Assembly (NCBI RefSeq): GCF_006345805.1
Contig: NW_021823924.1
Span: forward strand, 1 to 20,727
Direction: 5' to 3'
Source of the DNA: Octopus sinensis
Lineage: Eukaryota
Length of the DNA stretch: 20,727 bases
Shown here: in pieces, positions 20,368-20,727 of the stretch
Numbering within the stretch: position 1 is the first letter of the stretch
Layout: each line of letters starts with the position of its first letter
Notes under the pieces: model-generated
What the model saw: only the letters and a program-made list of their open reading frames with translations
What the model was told of the DNA's origin: nothing
Databases searched by the model: none
Translations under genes and position numbers: made by a program

Positions 20368-20727
20368 ATAACTTACAAAACATTCTCAAACACTTATACT
20401 CATAATTTTGTTGACAGGCTTTCGATTCGGCTCAGTTCGTATTGCTAAACCAACACATACAAGACATACAAAACTCAGTCAACATTTGTGTGTGTATTCA
20501 ATATGGTTCAAGAGCATTTGTACAGAGGAATAACAAACATATACGTACCACCTTGATCTCCAAACGATACATCATTGTTGAGAAAGGGGGTTTTCAGTGA
20601 AGTGTTTGCTTGTAAACCAAATCCTCGTGTGGGTTGATATTGAGTAGATTAACTCGGAGTTGGGATTATCTACAATATGAAATCAGTCATCTCTTACTGA
20701 CTTTTGAGTGGTTCCATGGTAAAATGC

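Overview
AT-rich, repeat-saturated animal non-coding DNA with no recognisable host gene. The SINE families and dense (TA)n, (CA)n and triplet microsatellites suggest an octopus or other cephalopod genome; this is my inference, not a database result. Supported features are two dead mariner (D34D) elements, about ten tRNA-derived SINE copies or fragments, an RTE/BovB-like 3'-tail dimer and many microsatellites. Almost all ORFs in the track are microsatellite or SINE artefacts. Two things stand out. First, four unrelated short repeats each carry a minimal type I hammerhead-ribozyme-like motif with a non-canonical core. Two of them sit in inverted-repeat architectures, suggesting Penelope-derived or retrozyme-like non-autonomous elements. 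Second, five SINE units lie head-to-tail inside a single 18-bp target-site duplication, and the tail subtype of each unit tracks its junction site, suggesting site-specific SINE-into-SINE insertion. All folds and alignments were done by eye.
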